The notes below the pieces were generated by a model. It saw only the letters and a list, made by a program, of their open reading frames with translations, was not told the DNA's origin and did not search any database. Shown here in pieces: positions 10,684 through 20,180 of a stretch of DNA of 64,000 nucleotides. Source of the DNA: Babesia bigemina (taxonomy: Eukaryota); contig NC_027218.1 of assembly GCF_000981445.1 (NCBI RefSeq), positions 434,001 through 498,000 of the forward strand. The letters run 5' to 3'. Numbering within the stretch: position 1 is the first letter of the stretch; every line of letters starts with the position of its first letter. The position numbers and the translations under genes were made by a program.

Positions 10684-13392
10684 ATGGACCCACCGGAGCT
10701 TGTCGCAATTTGCTGCGACGAGAAGACGATGTGTTCTCGTCGGCACTGCGACACCAGCGGCCGTGGTCACCCGGAAGATCCCACCCGGCTGAAAGCCATC
10801 ATCGATCTGCTGCGGCATGGGAGGATCAATCTGGAATCCTACGGTGAGCGTTTCCTCGCCGACTTCACGCGAACGTATGCGTGCCGGCCGGCTACGCTCG
10901 AGATGCTCCTCTATTGCCACACTGAGAGCCATGTGAGGCGTTTGATGGGATTCTGTCACGATGTGGAGGAGCTCAATGCGGGATGTGCAGCTGACGACGT
11001 CTGCTGCCACAGCGACTCCGACTATTGTACTTCGTACCCCGTCGACGAGGACACGTACGTTACCAAAGAATCCGAACGTGTCGCCCGTTTAGCCGTGGGC
11101 GGGATGACACATCTAGCTGACGTAATCATGGGCAAAGCGGATATGTATTCAGATATGCAACCTGAGGACGCTTTTGACACTGCCGCAGACCAGCAAAGAG
11201 ACCGGACCAGGGTTAAACGGGAATCAGAGCCTGACATCGACTCCAATGATCTGTCGTCGCAGTTGAAAGCTGCAGAAGGGGCGGAAAATCTCCTGAATAG
11301 TGGTGACACGGCAAAAGCTGCCAGTCAACAACACGATTTGAGAAAAGATCGCAACGTTGCTGTGGAGCATGGTACAACTGTTGGAGCTGGCATGGAGCGA
11401 AGTGACAGTAGTGGTAAATCGCCGGCAGAAGAGCTCAACAATTCCGAGTTTATTGGCGATGTGGCCGTGCAATTGAGCGCTCTAAGTGTTTCGGATGCGC
11501 AAGCCAACGTACCGCGCCGCAGTGGTGTCCGCAAGGGGTTCTCGCTGACACGGCCGCCCGGCCATCACGCGACCCGAGATAAAATGATGGGATTCTGCTT
11601 GTACAACAACGTAGCCATAACCGCGGTCCACTTACTGCGTAACCACGGGCTGAAGCGTATTGCGATAGTGGACATCGACGTGCACCATGGTAACGGCACG
11701 CAGGAGATTTTCTACGATAACGCGAACGTGTGCGTGATATCGATTCATCGATACGGCACGCACAATAACGCCTTCTATCCGTACAGTGGTAATTATGATG
11801 AAATTGGTGGGAAAGGTGCCTTGGGAAGCAACGTCAACATCCCGTTAACTGCAGGCTACGGCACCCATGACATGGTCTATGCCTTTCAGGAAGTGGTGCT
11901 GCCGAAGTTGGAGCGCTTTAAACCGGAATTCATTCTTGTGTCATGCGGCTTCGATGCGGCGATCCACGACTTCCTCGGCGGCTGCGGAGTGACCCCGGAA
12001 TGCTACGGGTGGATGGCGCTGGAGCTCAGCAAGGTTGCTGAACGCCATAGCAAGGGACGCCTGCTGCTAGCGTTCGAGGGCGGGTACAACCCCGCCATAA
12101 ATGCAAGCTGCTCCGACGCCATTTTTCGCACACTGATTGAGTACGAGACCGACAGACGCGTCAAACGGGGGTGCGGCTACAACAGGTCCAAAGTAAGGAG
12201 GGGAACCAGGTTCGTTTGTAGCAAACTACGGGGGCTGTTATTCAGCGGGGGCGATTCTGTCGTGGATACTTCGTCTTCGTTGAGCCGTTCAAGGACTCAC
12301 AGCCCCCTCGCTCCCTCGGTGACGCCGTCGGCTCGTACTGCGCAGGTTGCGAGGCCGCCAGATTTGAAGTGGACCGAGTATCATGGCCCGATGACCAAGA
12401 ACAGTTTCGTCATTGCAGGCGGGCATCCCAACCAGTTCCTGATCCCTGTGAACGTGCCGAGTGGCGATTTGTGCAAGATTTGCAGTCCCAATGAGGTGGC
12501 ATTCTACAGGTGGCTGTACAGAATAAACGGCATCGATCTCGAGGTCATCAGTCGCCCTTACCCGTACCTCAGGTTACCTTTCGCCAACGGAGTGGTGGAT
12601 GTCAGCATTACGGGCTTCAGGCCAGTCACCGACTCTGCTGCATCTCCAACCACCAAGCGCCTCAACAGGGCCAACGTGGTCCACTCACCAGATCCCGTCG
12701 TAACTGAGGGCCTCAACTTGCTGAAACCTTTGATCAGGTTCGTGGTGCAGTGCACTGGAGTGTACACCGAGAGTGTGTTCGCGGCGTGGCCTCTGCAGTA
12801 CTCACACCGTGCCGCCGTGCGCCTACGCAATGCCATCCACGGCATGCGTACCCCGTGCGTGATGGACATCAAAATGGGGACTCGGCTGTATGGCGACAAC
12901 GTCACTGACTCAAAGCGCATTGCCGAAAAGCAGTCGAAGGCGGAGAAGCGCTCTTGCAGCGTTCACGGCTTCCACATCTCCGGCATGTTCCACTGGTGCC
13001 GTGAGGCCAAGAAGCTCTTCTATTTGCAGGGCAACGTGGCGAACACGCTGGAAACGCGCGCCAAGCTCTTGTATGCCTTCAGGCTGTATTTCGCCAGGTT
13101 CCAGGACACGCTGCTTTCGGTCCGGATATGCGAGAAGTTCCTTCAGAGGCTGGAGGAGCTGCGCATGCTTTTCGAGAAGCAGAACCAGCTGGCGTTCTAT
13201 GGCAGCAGCTTGTTGTTCGTGTACGACTCTGGCACAGTGTCCACTGGCGCAGCCACCGAGTTGGCGAATGTGCACATGATCGACCTCTCACATGTTTCGT
13301 ACAACACCGGATGTATTGACGAAGGCTACCTCCTGGGGCTGCGCACGCTGATAGAGCTGCTCCGCGAAACACGGAAATCCCTGGCAGTCTGA
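10684..13392 (+). CDS. HDA2: Class II histone deacetylase fused to an inositol polyphosphate kinase domain (Hda2-like)
   Basis: HDAC motifs HPEDPTRL, RPPGHHA, GFC, DIDVHHGNGTQ, SCGFDA, EGGY. IPK motifs AGGH, PCVMDIKMG (PxxxDxKxG), SSLL, IDL. First ATG at 10684. Confidence 0.9.
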   Translation: MDPPELVAICCDEKTMCSRRHCDTSGRGHPEDPTRLKAIIDLLRHGRINLESYGERFLADFTRTYACRPATLEMLLYCHTESHVRRLMGFCHDVEELNAGCAADDVCCHSDSDYCTSYPVDEDTYVTKESERVARLAVGGMTHLADVIMGKADMYSDMQPEDAFDTAADQQRDRTRVKRESEPDIDSNDLSSQLKAAEGAENLLNSGDTAKAASQQHDLRKDRNVAVEHGTTVGAGMERSDSSGKSPAEELNNSEFIGDVAVQLSALSVSDAQANVPRRSGVRKGFSLTRPPGHHATRDKMMGFCLYNNVAITAVHLLRNHGLKRIAIVDIDVHHGNGTQEIFYDNANVCVISIHRYGTHNNAFYPYSGNYDEIGGKGALGSNVNIPLTAGYGTHDMVYAFQEVVLPKLERFKPEFILVSCGFDAAIHDFLGGCGVTPECYGWMALELSKVAERHSKGRLLLAFEGGYNPAINASCSDAIFRTLIEYETDRRVKRGCGYNRSKVRRGTRFVCSKLRGLLFSGGDSVVDTSSSLSRSRTHSPLAPSVTPSARTAQVARPPDLKWTEYHGPMTKNSFVIAGGHPNQFLIPVNVPSGDLCKICSPNEVAFYRWLYRINGIDLEVISRPYPYLRLPFANGVVDVSITGFRPVTDSAASPTTKRLNRANVVHSPDPVVTEGLNLLKPLIRFVVQCTGVYTESVFAAWPLQYSHRAAVRLRNAIHGMRTPCVMDIKMGTRLYGDNVTDSKRIAEKQSKAEKRSCSVHGFHISGMFHWCREAKKLFYLQGNVANTLETRAKLLYAFRLYFARFQDTLLSVRICEKFLQRLEELRMLFEKQNQLAFYGSSLLFVYDSGTVSTGAATELANVHMIDLSHVSYNTGCIDEGYLLGLRTLIELLRETRKSLAV

Positions 13393-14172
13393 GTGTGCTT
13401 TTACCAGTAATTTGTGGTTCACTGAGGCTTAATGTTTTAGGTCCATGACGTGGCTGTTCGTTCACGTGGTCGGCATGTGAGCGGATCGTGTCTAATCGTA
13501 CTAGGAAGTGGCGCATTCAGCCTGTATCGGTGCGAGAAGCACCCAGTGCCGTTGTATATTACACAGCAAAGCACTCACGTAAAACCGCTCGTGGTGAGTC
13601 AGTCGGCGCTGCGCCCATCAGCGGCGCGCTACACGATAGTCGCATGGTGGCCTGGTGTAATCGGCATCACCGTGGTAAAGTAACAGGTCGCCTTCCACAC
13701 ATGCCACACCTCCATTCACAACGCATATATTGTAACAGCCGCCGTGTTGAGCGGCGTCTTGATAAATACGCAGCGGATATGAAAGGAAGGTGGACACGCC
13801 ACGTCAACGCTGGCTCTTACTAGGTCGCAGCGTAGACAGCCCATTCCGATATATCCGGCCCCTCGCATTAACCTTAACACATTGACTAGCAACGTTCGTA
13901 ACCCATGTGATTTTGACGCTCTGTGCCCTCGGTTGGGATGCGCGACCCTACATGACCATGCCGCACTGCGGGGCTGTCGCCGCGAAGCACACACAACCCT
14001 CGCCTCGGAAGCTGAAAACCGCGGCTTGGAACTGCGCGAAGAAAAGGCTGTATCCCCGTGGCTTTCACGTTCGACGTGCCGTTGTGAACGCGTAACCGCG
14101 GGTGTAGTGTAGTGCCGTCGCACAGTTGCTTGCGCTAAGAGTTCGGCATACCCGCAGCGTCAGACCTGCAAA

Positions 14173-15837
14173 ATGACGGGTTTTAATGTTGTGGCGAATT
14201 TCAACGCCACGGGCTGGGGTCCCGACGAGACCGATGCGAAAACCGTGGAGTCTTGCCTCGGCGGACTCAACAAGCTTCCGCTGGAGCCAAACTTGAAGCT
14301 GGACCGCCAGATTCGCATATGCGACTTCACCTTCTTGACGTACCAAAAGTCCATCCGCGACGCTGGGCGCTTCGGCCGCCAGCAGCCGCCGGTTGTTCTG
14401 GATGAGGAGATGCAGTTCCAGACGGTCGACGGCAGGTCGCTGGTCAAGACGAAGACCATGCAGCACTACCGTCGCAAGGTCGTGCCGAAGCAGACGACCC
14501 AGGCGTTCAACCAGAAGCAGATGGAAGAGGAGGCCATGATAATGTCGGCCAAGCAGAAGCACCCCGATGTCCGCAAACAGCGTATGATGCACCAGCGCAC
14601 CAACCGCTCCAACGCCCGCCACCACACGTTCAACGAGTGGAGCATCGAGCCGCTTCCAAGCTGGCAGCTGCTTACGGAAATCCCGTTCAGCCAGCTCTCG
14701 AAGTTGGACCTCCATGGGGGCCAGGTTGTGGGTACCGACGTCATGTGGCGTGGCAAGCTGGGCGTCTACGACAAGCGCATGGACCACATATCTGCCAAGG
14801 CGGAAATGCTGCTCCAGATTCCCACCACGCAGTGCGACTACTACTGGACCTCCACCAACGACGACGACTGCATCGTGGACTACTTGCTGGCGAACGGTCA
14901 AAGCGACTCTCAGGCCGACGAGGGCGCCGCTCCGGTCGCCGACAAGATTGTTCTCGGCGCCACGGATCAGATATTGTCAGTGCTCATGACGGCTGCGCGC
15001 TCCAAGTACAGTTGGCATCTGAACGTGACCAAGATCGGCAACCAGATCATTGTGGACAAGACGAACGGCTCCATCGTTGACATGTTGACTGTCAACGAGA
15101 CATCGCCAGAACCTCCCATGCCAGACGCGGAGGTGAAGATCAACCGCCCGCCAGCACTCGGCCATGAGGCCGTGAAGGTCAACCAGCGCATACGCCAGCA
15201 GGTGCTTGTGCCTGGTGAGCTGACCGACGAGTTCGAGCAGCCGCCATTTGTGGAGGAGGGCGACAACCCTTCCACAATGGCGTACCGCTACAGGACGTTC
15301 AACATCCCAGGCAACAACCACGGTCAGGGATGGGAGCGCGTGCCGATACACGTGATCACGCGTGGTGAAATCCATGCGCGCGTGCAGGGAATACCCAACG
15401 CGGGCTACACGTACGTCTGCGCCTTGAACGAGGTGCCGCACAAGACGCACAAATCGTGGCGTACGCAGATCGAGACTCAGAAGGGTGCGCTGCTGGCCAA
15501 CGAGATGCGCAACAACACGGCGAAAATGCAGCGGTTCGCCGCTTGCGCCATGATCAGCGGATGCGACACCTTGAAGCTGGCTTACATCTCGCGGCGTACG
15601 CCTAGTGATGCCGAGCACCACTCGATTCTCGGCATTCACACGTACACAACCGAGAACCTGGCCGTGCAGATGGGTCTCAATATGCGCAACGCCTGGGCCG
15701 TGGTCCGCCTGATATGCGCCATGATCGCGTCCAAGCCAGACGGCCAGTACACTTTGGTCAAGGACCCGCTGAAGCCCAACATTCGTCTGTACGCGGTGCC
15801 GGACGAGGAAGACGGCGATTTCCAGGCGAAAGAGTGA
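14173..15837 (+). CDS. eIF3d: Eukaryotic translation initiation factor 3 subunit D
   Basis: N..GWGP, FQTVD, ATDQILSVLM.AARS.YSW, LTVNET, YRYR, WR..IETQKGALLANEMRNN, LVKDPLKP.IRLY. Confidence 0.93.
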   Translation: MTGFNVVANFNATGWGPDETDAKTVESCLGGLNKLPLEPNLKLDRQIRICDFTFLTYQKSIRDAGRFGRQQPPVVLDEEMQFQTVDGRSLVKTKTMQHYRRKVVPKQTTQAFNQKQMEEEAMIMSAKQKHPDVRKQRMMHQRTNRSNARHHTFNEWSIEPLPSWQLLTEIPFSQLSKLDLHGGQVVGTDVMWRGKLGVYDKRMDHISAKAEMLLQIPTTQCDYYWTSTNDDDCIVDYLLANGQSDSQADEGAAPVADKIVLGATDQILSVLMTAARSKYSWHLNVTKIGNQIIVDKTNGSIVDMLTVNETSPEPPMPDAEVKINRPPALGHEAVKVNQRIRQQVLVPGELTDEFEQPPFVEEGDNPSTMAYRYRTFNIPGNNHGQGWERVPIHVITRGEIHARVQGIPNAGYTYVCALNEVPHKTHKSWRTQIETQKGALLANEMRNNTAKMQRFAACAMISGCDTLKLAYISRRTPSDAEHHSILGIHTYTTENLAVQMGLNMRNAWAVVRLICAMIASKPDGQYTLVKDPLKPNIRLYAVPDEEDGDFQAKE

Positions 15838-16489
15838 TCAGGCACGTTGCGTCGCCCAGCGCAACGCTGTCGCAGAACTGCTTTAACGTTTACGTGGTTG
15901 TATGTCCGCTAATGATAAGCTTAAGGCCGATTCGGCGTTTGTTGTTGCTGTAGGAGGTGCCGCACGTTGTCACACGGCCCCGACTGGATTCCGTAAGGCG
16001 CGTGCGCCGCTTGACCCGAGATGGTTCCGGTCACACTTTTCAGCTCTGAATACTCACTGCAATCAAATATATTTTGTGACACGCAAAATTTTCTATATGT
16101 GCGTTCCGCTAGAACAACGGAATTCTCGCCGTTGGACATGCAACGCTATGGTGGTACCGGGCGTGTCGCTCCAACCCGAATATTGAGCGCGGTGCGTATG
16201 AATTTATGAGAACGCTCCGTTAAGGCTGTTTGAAATATACATATATCGGTGGCCTACATTCTCAATCTTCGGCCGCCGGTACATCAACTCCGTCTAATAC
16301 CCTATTCGTGAGACGGGTGTTCCGGACATCCCCGTAAGCGCCGGACCTTTTTCGCTAAATGAAACGGATAAATTTACAGCGAGGGAAGCTGGTAGGAACA
16401 ACGGCTACGGGCGCCTTTGTGCCGTTGCGGAGGTAGGATGCTCACGGGTAGCAACACGGTCTGTTGAAGGTGGTTGGTATACTGGATGT

Positions 16490-19400
16490 GTGTCTATGTG
16501 GCCCATACATGCGAAGCTCAGCCTCTATATCCTACTCACATGTCTGGGCATGTGGAGCGGGAAACAGACGCTGCAGGGTGCGAGATTCCTCCCCGGCTAT
16601 CTGTTCGCTGCGTCCAAAAAAGCAAATGCACAGGGCTTCGTCGTCGCCGCTACCGGCGGCATTAACGCTGCCGCGCAAGATAATGGACACTCAATCGGAC
16701 CGGGAGACGACAGGCACGGCAAAAGTTCCAAAAAGAACATCCTGGGGCGGAGGCGGCGGTGTGACACGGACTCCTTGCTGAATTGCAACCCGTGCGGCGA
16801 TACTATCGTCGCAGATACCGCCAGTGATCTTGCTGCGCCGGTCAGTAAGAGTTCAACAGCTGACTCCACGGTCTTGGGATTCATTCAGGAGCTTCTCGCG
16901 AGAATCGGCTCCACCAAGGGCCCACCGAAGCAGCATGTCGCCCTTAACGCTTTGCGGGTTCTCATTGAGAGCCAGCCTGCCTGCATTAACAGCTTGGAGC
17001 GTCTAAACATTATAGATACTTTTGTCAGTGTGCTCAAGCAGCGCTACCAACGGAGTTTCTGGAGCGTCCTGCAGAGCTACTTCCGGTCAAATTCGCGGTT
17101 GGAGGAAATGCAGTGGAAGGCCATGGAGACCACTCTGCTCACAATTCTGCTGACAATTTGCCGCAGCAACGTGAAGCTGCGCAGCGTAATGGCCAAGAAT
17201 GAGCGCTTCAAGAGTCTTTTGCTGACCATGTACAACCATAATAAGAAAAAGGATGACAAAAACACCAATTTGGCAAAGAAGCATGGCAAACGTTCTTCTG
17301 CTAAATCAAACAGCGAATTAGAGACTGACGCCGAGGACGCATACCAAATTCCTGTCGCGAGGTACGACACTTCGCCGTATAATATGCGCGATGCGGCGTG
17401 GCTGGCTGCTTCCGGCGAACGTTCGGGAGCCATGGACGTGTTATCACTGCAGACAAGGGGGCTCATCCGTGAACTCATGTTTATGTGTGGGATCGACGTC
17501 GAGTCGCAAAACTTGAAGCAGCAGGGTGCCTCCGCGAAGGCAAAGCCAGCCGCGCGCCAATTAGTCGCCGTCCCAGTTGACACGTCGGTGCCGATTGACG
17601 CGCCTGCTCAAGGAACAAATCTGCCCAACCAGTGGCAATTGCCGGTGCCGCCGATGCTGCTGGAATCTAGCGATGGCTGGTGGAAGGGTAAGGCGGGACA
17701 GCCCAAGCCCAGGTTGTTGTGGATACCGTACTTCTATGTACCGAAAAACACCAAGGTGGAAGATGCTGTCAAACGCCACTTGCTCATTAACCTGGGTGAC
17801 TCCGCTGGTGAAAAGGTTGATTTGACTAATCTACTAAACGTCACCATCGAGCATCCGCGCAACAAAGCCGCAAATGTGGTGTACGGGATGCTGCTGCTCT
17901 GCAAGGAGGGGTCGGATAAGTCTAATGGCGGATGCAGTCTCTATACGCAAACGTCCAGCGCGAAGCACAAGGGCAATTACGTCCTGATATCTAACATACA
18001 GGTTGGTAAATCGAAGGAAATCAATGGATCGGTTGTGGCCGGGAATCTCCTCAAGAATATGCAGCGTAACGAATCCCTCAAAACTATAACACGCGTGGTG
18101 AACGAGCTCTGGGCGTTGGTGGGATCAAAGGACCCAGACGTGTTAAACGAGTTGTTCCGGGACCTGGACTTTGAATTTCTGGCCGAGGTCCTCAATCGCT
18201 CGTTGGTGTACACTGTACGCAGTGACGTCTTTGAGCAGGTGTCGTCGAACATCGAAACGCCCTCGAATGGCTCAGGGGCTTACGCTATGCTGCAGAAACT
18301 CCGACGAACGGTTGAGGGGTGCCTGCATAAGGTCATGCCCAAATTGCGCGACTCGTTTTGGGACAAAATTTTTGAGAGGAGCACTGACACCATGCCTGCA
18401 ACCGAGCAAGAGACGACTCCGTCCCCAGAGAATGTTCTCAACAATATACGGCCGTGCAAAAAAGAGGCAGATATCGCACGTCGGCTGCAAACCGTGGTTT
18501 TGGGTTTTCTGATAGACCTTATATACATGGATGGCAGCCGCAGTCTGAACAAAATACGCCGCGCGACCCCACTGGTTGACGCTGTGTTACGCCTAAGAGC
18601 GACTTTTCCCGCCGTGCACACGCTCACTGAGGCGCTGGATAACGAACTGGAAGATTTTGCGCCCCTGATAGATAGGAGAAGGAATGACGCACGGCACACG
18701 ACGAATGTTATATACAAGTACATAGACCGTTTGTCTGCGGATGACTTGACAAATATGCGCTCGCGAAAACGTGACAACTTCGGCAACATCACTACCAAGG
18801 CTTCGGATTGGTGTAAAGAGAGCTGGACGAGACAGAAAACAATACCCCGGGCAATCATCGGGCCGTTCTTCAACGCACACAAGCTGCTGAACATGCTCGG
18901 CCACCACGAGCAAGATATTTTTAAAGGTCGCGGTTTGCGGGTACTCAGCATTGACGGCGGCGGCACTAAGGGGGTGGTTGTGTTGGAGATTTTGGAGCAA
19001 ATAGAAAAATTGCTAGGCAGGCCCCTACATGAAGTATTCGACTTCATATGTGGCACGTCTTGTGGAGGCATCATCGGAGCGCTTCTCGCCCTCGAAAAGG
19101 GCAGTATCGCCGATATCCGACGCGTGTTTGAAGATTTCATGGTGAAGGTGTTCAACAAGGATTCGTACCACGTTACCGGACGAAGGCTAATTACGCGACA
19201 CGCGTACTACGACGAGAAGATGTTGTACGATAGCTTGCGTTCCGTGTTTGGGAACGCGGAGCTTATCGACTACTCCGTGGACCCTGCGGCCCCTAAGTTC
19301 TGCTGTCTGTCGGCCCAGCTGGATGTATTCCCTCTGAACCCGATCGTTTGGAGGAATTACAACTACCCCCCGGATACCGTACCGGGAGAGGAAAACCCCA

Positions 19401-20146
19401 TGCGTGATGGCTCATGCGCCATAATGACGGCCGACGCGCTGCGTGCAACCACTGCAGCGCCGACCTACTTCCCGCTCATGGAGCGCAACGGGGCGCTGTA
19501 CGGTGACGGGGCGCTGTACGCCAACAACCCGAGTCTGGTGGCTCTGCTGGAGGCCAGACTGGTGTATCCCAACGTACCCATCGACCTACTGGTGAGCGTC
19601 GGTAGCGGTGACTGGGAGAGGGAGGATATCGCACAACTATCGCAAAATTATGTCGCGGACAAATCGAAGAAAACGTCCGCTGTAGAGAGCGGGTGCTTCA
19701 GGGCGGAGTTCTCCGATGGGGAGGACGAAGTGATCGCGGAAGCACCTTTAGAGGAAGAGCAGATGCTGGTGACAGATGCAAGCGACTGTCTTCTGCGCTC
19801 CGTGAACAGACCGACCAACGGCAAGAACAAGTCGGTCGTGGGGTACCACAAAATTTTTAACCACCTGGTTTGCTCGGCCACGAACACCGACACGGTGCAC
19901 ACAGCGCTCCAGGCTCTCATGTCCAAGAAGAATTACGTGCGCCTAAACCCCGTGGTGCCTGTAGTACGCATCGACGACACAAACAAGGAGGTCCTGGACG
20001 ACCTCAAGGCACGTACAAAGACATACATGTCAGGCGACCTGCAGCAGCAGGCGCTCCAGCGAATAAAGGAGGCCATCACACATACGCATGATTGGCAGAG
20101 AGTGGCCCCTGAACAACACAGCACCCAAACGACACAAACGGAGTAA
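16490..20146 (+). CDS. Patatin-like phospholipase with N-terminal hydrophobic leader
   Basis: LRVLSIDGGG, FDFICGTSCGG (catalytic Ser), ATTAAPTYF, DGALYANNP (catalytic Asp), LVSVGSG. Leader LSLYILLTCLGMWSG. Confidence 0.9.
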   Translation: MSMWPIHAKLSLYILLTCLGMWSGKQTLQGARFLPGYLFAASKKANAQGFVVAATGGINAAAQDNGHSIGPGDDRHGKSSKKNILGRRRRCDTDSLLNCNPCGDTIVADTASDLAAPVSKSSTADSTVLGFIQELLARIGSTKGPPKQHVALNALRVLIESQPACINSLERLNIIDTFVSVLKQRYQRSFWSVLQSYFRSNSRLEEMQWKAMETTLLTILLTICRSNVKLRSVMAKNERFKSLLLTMYNHNKKKDDKNTNLAKKHGKRSSAKSNSELETDAEDAYQIPVARYDTSPYNMRDAAWLAASGERSGAMDVLSLQTRGLIRELMFMCGIDVESQNLKQQGASAKAKPAARQLVAVPVDTSVPIDAPAQGTNLPNQWQLPVPPMLLESSDGWWKGKAGQPKPRLLWIPYFYVPKNTKVEDAVKRHLLINLGDSAGEKVDLTNLLNVTIEHPRNKAANVVYGMLLLCKEGSDKSNGGCSLYTQTSSAKHKGNYVLISNIQVGKSKEINGSVVAGNLLKNMQRNESLKTITRVVNELWALVGSKDPDVLNELFRDLDFEFLAEVLNRSLVYTVRSDVFEQVSSNIETPSNGSGAYAMLQKLRRTVEGCLHKVMPKLRDSFWDKIFERSTDTMPATEQETTPSPENVLNNIRPCKKEADIARRLQTVVLGFLIDLIYMDGSRSLNKIRRATPLVDAVLRLRATFPAVHTLTEALDNELEDFAPLIDRRRNDARHTTNVIYKYIDRLSADDLTNMRSRKRDNFGNITTKASDWCKESWTRQKTIPRAIIGPFFNAHKLLNMLGHHEQDIFKGRGLRVLSIDGGGTKGVVVLEILEQIEKLLGRPLHEVFDFICGTSCGGIIGALLALEKGSIADIRRVFEDFMVKVFNKDSYHVTGRRLITRHAYYDEKMLYDSLRSVFGNAELIDYSVDPAAPKFCCLSAQLDVFPLNPIVWRNYNYPPDTVPGEENPMRDGSCAIMTADALRATTAAPTYFPLMERNGALYGDGALYANNPSLVALLEARLVYPNVPIDLLVSVGSGDWEREDIAQLSQNYVADKSKKTSAVESGCFRAEFSDGEDEVIAEAPLEEEQMLVTDASDCLLRSVNRPTNGKNKSVVGYHKIFNHLVCSATNTDTVHTALQALMSKKNYVRLNPVVPVVRIDDTNKEVLDDLKARTKTYMSGDLQQQALQRIKEAITHTHDWQRVAPEQHSTQTTQTE

Positions 20147-20180
20147 TTTTTTAATAGCTATCACATTTATCCCTGTTGAA

